A stretch of DNA of 32,000 bases, taken from assembly GCF_024818015.1 (NCBI RefSeq), contig NZ_CP093908.1:1-32000 (forward strand). The letters run 5' to 3'. The stretch comes from Candidatus Saccharimonadota bacterium. Its GTDB lineage: Bacteria > Bacteroidota > Bacteroidia > Flavobacteriales > Blattabacteriaceae. Numbering within the stretch: position 1 is the first letter of the stretch; each line of letters begins with the position of its first letter. The notes below the pieces were generated by a model. That model had not been told where the DNA came from and ran no database searches. It worked only from the letters and a program-made list of their open reading frames with translations. Positions 29,721 to 32,000 of this stretch are shown here, one piece after another. A program made the position numbers and the translations under genes.

Positions 29721-31358
29721 TTATTTTAAACTTACTGTTTTATTAAATAAAATTGTTTTTTTATTACTTTTTTTATCTAAACAAAAATATCCAATACGTT
29801 GAAATTGAAATTTCTCTTTAATTGTAGCTGTCCTTAACGAGGGTTCTGCATATGCTATTTTAGTTTTTAAAGAATCATGATTGAGAAAATCAATAAATTT
29901 TTGAGATTTTTCAGGAATTTGTTTTCTAAATATTTGATCAAAAATATTTATTTTAATTTTTAAAGCATGAATTTTAGAGACCCAATGTAATGTAGATTTT
30001 ATTTTTCTTTTACTTGATAAACCAGTTTTAGATAAACTGTTTTTATCATAAGAACAATATATACTTTTAATGCTACCATCTAGATTACGAGATATATTAT
30101 TAGCTTTTAAAATATAAGCATTTTTTAAACGTACTTCTTTTCCTAAAGATAATCTGAAAAAATTTTTTGTATTTTTTTCCATGAAATCTTCACTCTCTAT
30201 ATAGAGAAATTTTGAAAAAGGGATTTTTCTATAAGTTTTTTTTATGTCTTCAGGATTATTTTCCGCTTTTAACCATTCTACTTTAAAAGTAGGATAATTT
30301 TCAATTATTATTAATAATGGATTTATTACAACCATTACTCTAGATGAAATTTGATTTAAATGTTTTCGAATACTAAATTCTAGAATAGATATATCTATCT
30401 GATTATATCGTTTTGATATTCCAATTTTTTTAATAAAATATTTAATTGATTCTGGAGTATAACCTCTTCTTCTAAGTCCTGATAGAGTGGGCATTCTTGG
30501 ATCGTCCCATCCATTTACAAGATTTTTTTTTACTAAAATTTGTAACTTTCTTTTACTTAAAACATTATAATTTAGATTTAATCTAGAAAATTCATATTGT
30601 CTAGGTGTTAGACTCTTTTTTTTATTTATATTATAAATATACCAATTATATAATTGTTTATGATTTTCAAACTCAAAAGAACATAAAGAATGTGATATTT
30701 TTTCTATATAATCTGATTGCCCATGTGTCCAATCATAAGTCGGATATATACACCATTTATTTTTTGTTCTATAATGTAATTTTTTTTTTATAATACGATA
30801 CATGATAGGATCTCTAAGATTCATGTTTGGTGATTTCATATCTATTTTGGCACGTAAAACACAATCACCGTCATTAAAATATCCATTTTTCATTTTTTTA
30901 AATAAAAAAATATTTTCTTTTATCAATCTATTCCTATAGGGACTCTCTATACCATCCTCAAAAGGATTTTTTCTTTGTTCTTGTATTTTATCTTGTTTTT
31001 GATCATCTACATAAGCTTTTCCTTTTTCTATAATGACTTTAGCTAAGTCATAAAGTTTAGAAAAATAATTAGAAGCATAAGTTACTTTATTCCATTTAAA
31101 ACCTAACCAAAAAATATCTTTTTTTATATAATTAATAAATTTTTTTTCTTCTTCTATTGGATTAGTATCATCAAATCTTAATATTACTGAAGCTTTATAT
31201 TTTTCTGCTAATTTAAAATTTAAATAAATAGATTTAGCATGACCAATATGTAAATAACCATTAGGTTCAGGTGGAAATCTAAAAAGTAATTTTTTTTTAG
31301 GAAATCCTGACTCTAAATCTTTTTCTATAATTTTATCGAATATATTTATTATTTTCAT
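29721..31358 (-). CDS. glnS: Glutaminyl-tRNA synthetase
   Basis: 545 aa. The HIGH region reads FPPEPNGYLHIGHAKS and the KMSKS-equivalent reads VLSKRKL. GWDDPRMPTLSGLRRRGYTPESI is present. Confidence 0.93.
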   Translation of the reverse strand: MKIINIFDKIIEKDLESGFPKKKLLFRFPPEPNGYLHIGHAKSIYLNFKLAEKYKASVILRFDDTNPIEEEKKFINYIKKDIFWLGFKWNKVTYASNYFSKLYDLAKVIIEKGKAYVDDQKQDKIQEQRKNPFEDGIESPYRNRLIKENIFLFKKMKNGYFNDGDCVLRAKIDMKSPNMNLRDPIMYRIIKKKLHYRTKNKWCIYPTYDWTHGQSDYIEKISHSLCSFEFENHKQLYNWYIYNINKKKSLTPRQYEFSRLNLNYNVLSKRKLQILVKKNLVNGWDDPRMPTLSGLRRRGYTPESIKYFIKKIGISKRYNQIDISILEFSIRKHLNQISSRVMVVINPLLIIIENYPTFKVEWLKAENNPEDIKKTYRKIPFSKFLYIESEDFMEKNTKNFFRLSLGKEVRLKNAYILKANNISRNLDGSIKSIYCSYDKNSLSKTGLSSKRKIKSTLHWVSKIHALKIKINIFDQIFRKQIPEKSQKFIDFLNHDSLKTKIAYAEPSLRTATIKEKFQFQRIGYFCLDKKSNKKTILFNKTVSLK

Positions 31359-31363
31359 AATAT

Positions 31364-32000
31364 TTATTTTTTTATTAAAAAAATAATTAAAATCCTTATA
31401 TCTGAAGGAGAGACTCCACTTATTCTAGATGCTTCTCCTATAGAATTTGGTTTATAATTTAATAATTTTTCCCTAGCTTCTATTGATATTGATTTTACTT
31501 GATTATAATCAAAATTATTTGGTATACGTATGGATTCTAATTTATACATTTTTTTGACATTTTCTTCTTCTTTTAGAATATAGCCTTTATATTTAATATA
31601 AAGAGATATTTGTTCTAAAATTTTTTCATCTATATTATTTTTTTTTCTAAAATGTTTTATTAAATATAATTTAATTATATCATATATAGATATTTCTGGC
31701 CTAGATAATAAATCACAGATTTTAAGATTTTCTTTTAAATTGGCTTGATTTCTTTGAAAAAAGAAAAAACAATGTCTTTTCTTTTTATTTTTATTTTTTA
31801 GTTTTTTGATTCTATCATTACTAACTAATCCTAGATTAATCCCCATAGGGGTTAATCTTTCATCAGCATTATCTTGTCTTAATAATATTCTATATTCAGC
31901 TCTTGAAGTAAACATTCTATATGGTTCTTCTGTCCCTTTATAAATTAAATCATCAATAAGTACACCTATATATGCTTCATTACGTTTAAGAATAAATGGA
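31364..32000 (-). CDS. mnmG: tRNA uridine 5-carboxymethylaminomethyl modification enzyme MnmG (GidA), C-terminal part; the gene continues past the window edge
   Basis: The EPYRMFTSRAEYRILLRQDNADERL signature is present. The frame stays open upstream of the track Met at 31915 (..PFILKRNEAYIGVLIDDLIYKGTEEPYRM..) to position 32000. Confidence 0.9.
   Translation of the reverse strand, partial: PFILKRNEAYIGVLIDDLIYKGTEEPYRMFTSRAEYRILLRQDNADERLTPMGINLGLVSNDRIKKLKNKNKKKRHCFFFFQRNQANLKENLKICDLLSRPEISIYDIIKLYLIKHFRKKNNIDEKILEQISLYIKYKGYILKEEENVKKMYKLESIRIPNNFDYNQVKSISIEAREKLLNYKPNSIGEASRISGVSPSDIRILIIFLIKK

Overview
This is a very AT-rich, very gene-dense window. It holds about 30 protein genes, 3 tRNAs and 1 RNase P RNA, with tiny or negative intergenic spacers. 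The gene content is housekeeping plus essential-amino-acid biosynthesis. Housekeeping genes are rpsD-rpoA-rplQ, rsmH, rnpB, pdhA/pdhC, gapA, lipB, valS, rpsA, rho, prfA, acpP, atpDC, rsmA, glnS and mnmG. Biosynthetic genes are dapF, argH, ilvA-ilvC-ilvN-ilvB-ilvD, aroB and aroQ. The protein signatures look flavobacterial. The set looks like a Flavobacteriales obligate insect nutritional endosymbiont and recalls Candidatus Sulcia (Karelsulcia) muelleri. That assignment is from memory of gene content, not from a search. The standard genetic code fits: TGG encodes conserved Trp and TGA ends genes at the expected lengths. I found no CRISPR array, transposase, integrase, phage module or multi-gene defence system, and I do not claim a novel multi-gene system. 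Three things do stand out. (1) Short-unit tandem arrays recur, and they are codon-phased inside highly conserved essential genes: rpsD 12 bp x7, rpsA hexamers, atpD Gly-Arg hexamers and prfA (AAG)6. There is also a near-perfect ~107/119-bp tandem duplication of the whole terC-gapA divergent start region. (2) Gene erosion is visibly in progress: a MutL shrunk to ~254 aa, an ALDH4-type P5C dehydrogenase stump, a pheT relic that keeps only its two termini, an RpoA without the alpha-CTD, and a Rho without its N-terminal helix bundle. (3) Packing is extreme: divergent start codons lie 5 bp apart or overlap, and argH reads through the complement of tRNA-Arg. Every homology call comes from motifs I recognised by eye in the supplied translations. 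No searches or computations were run.
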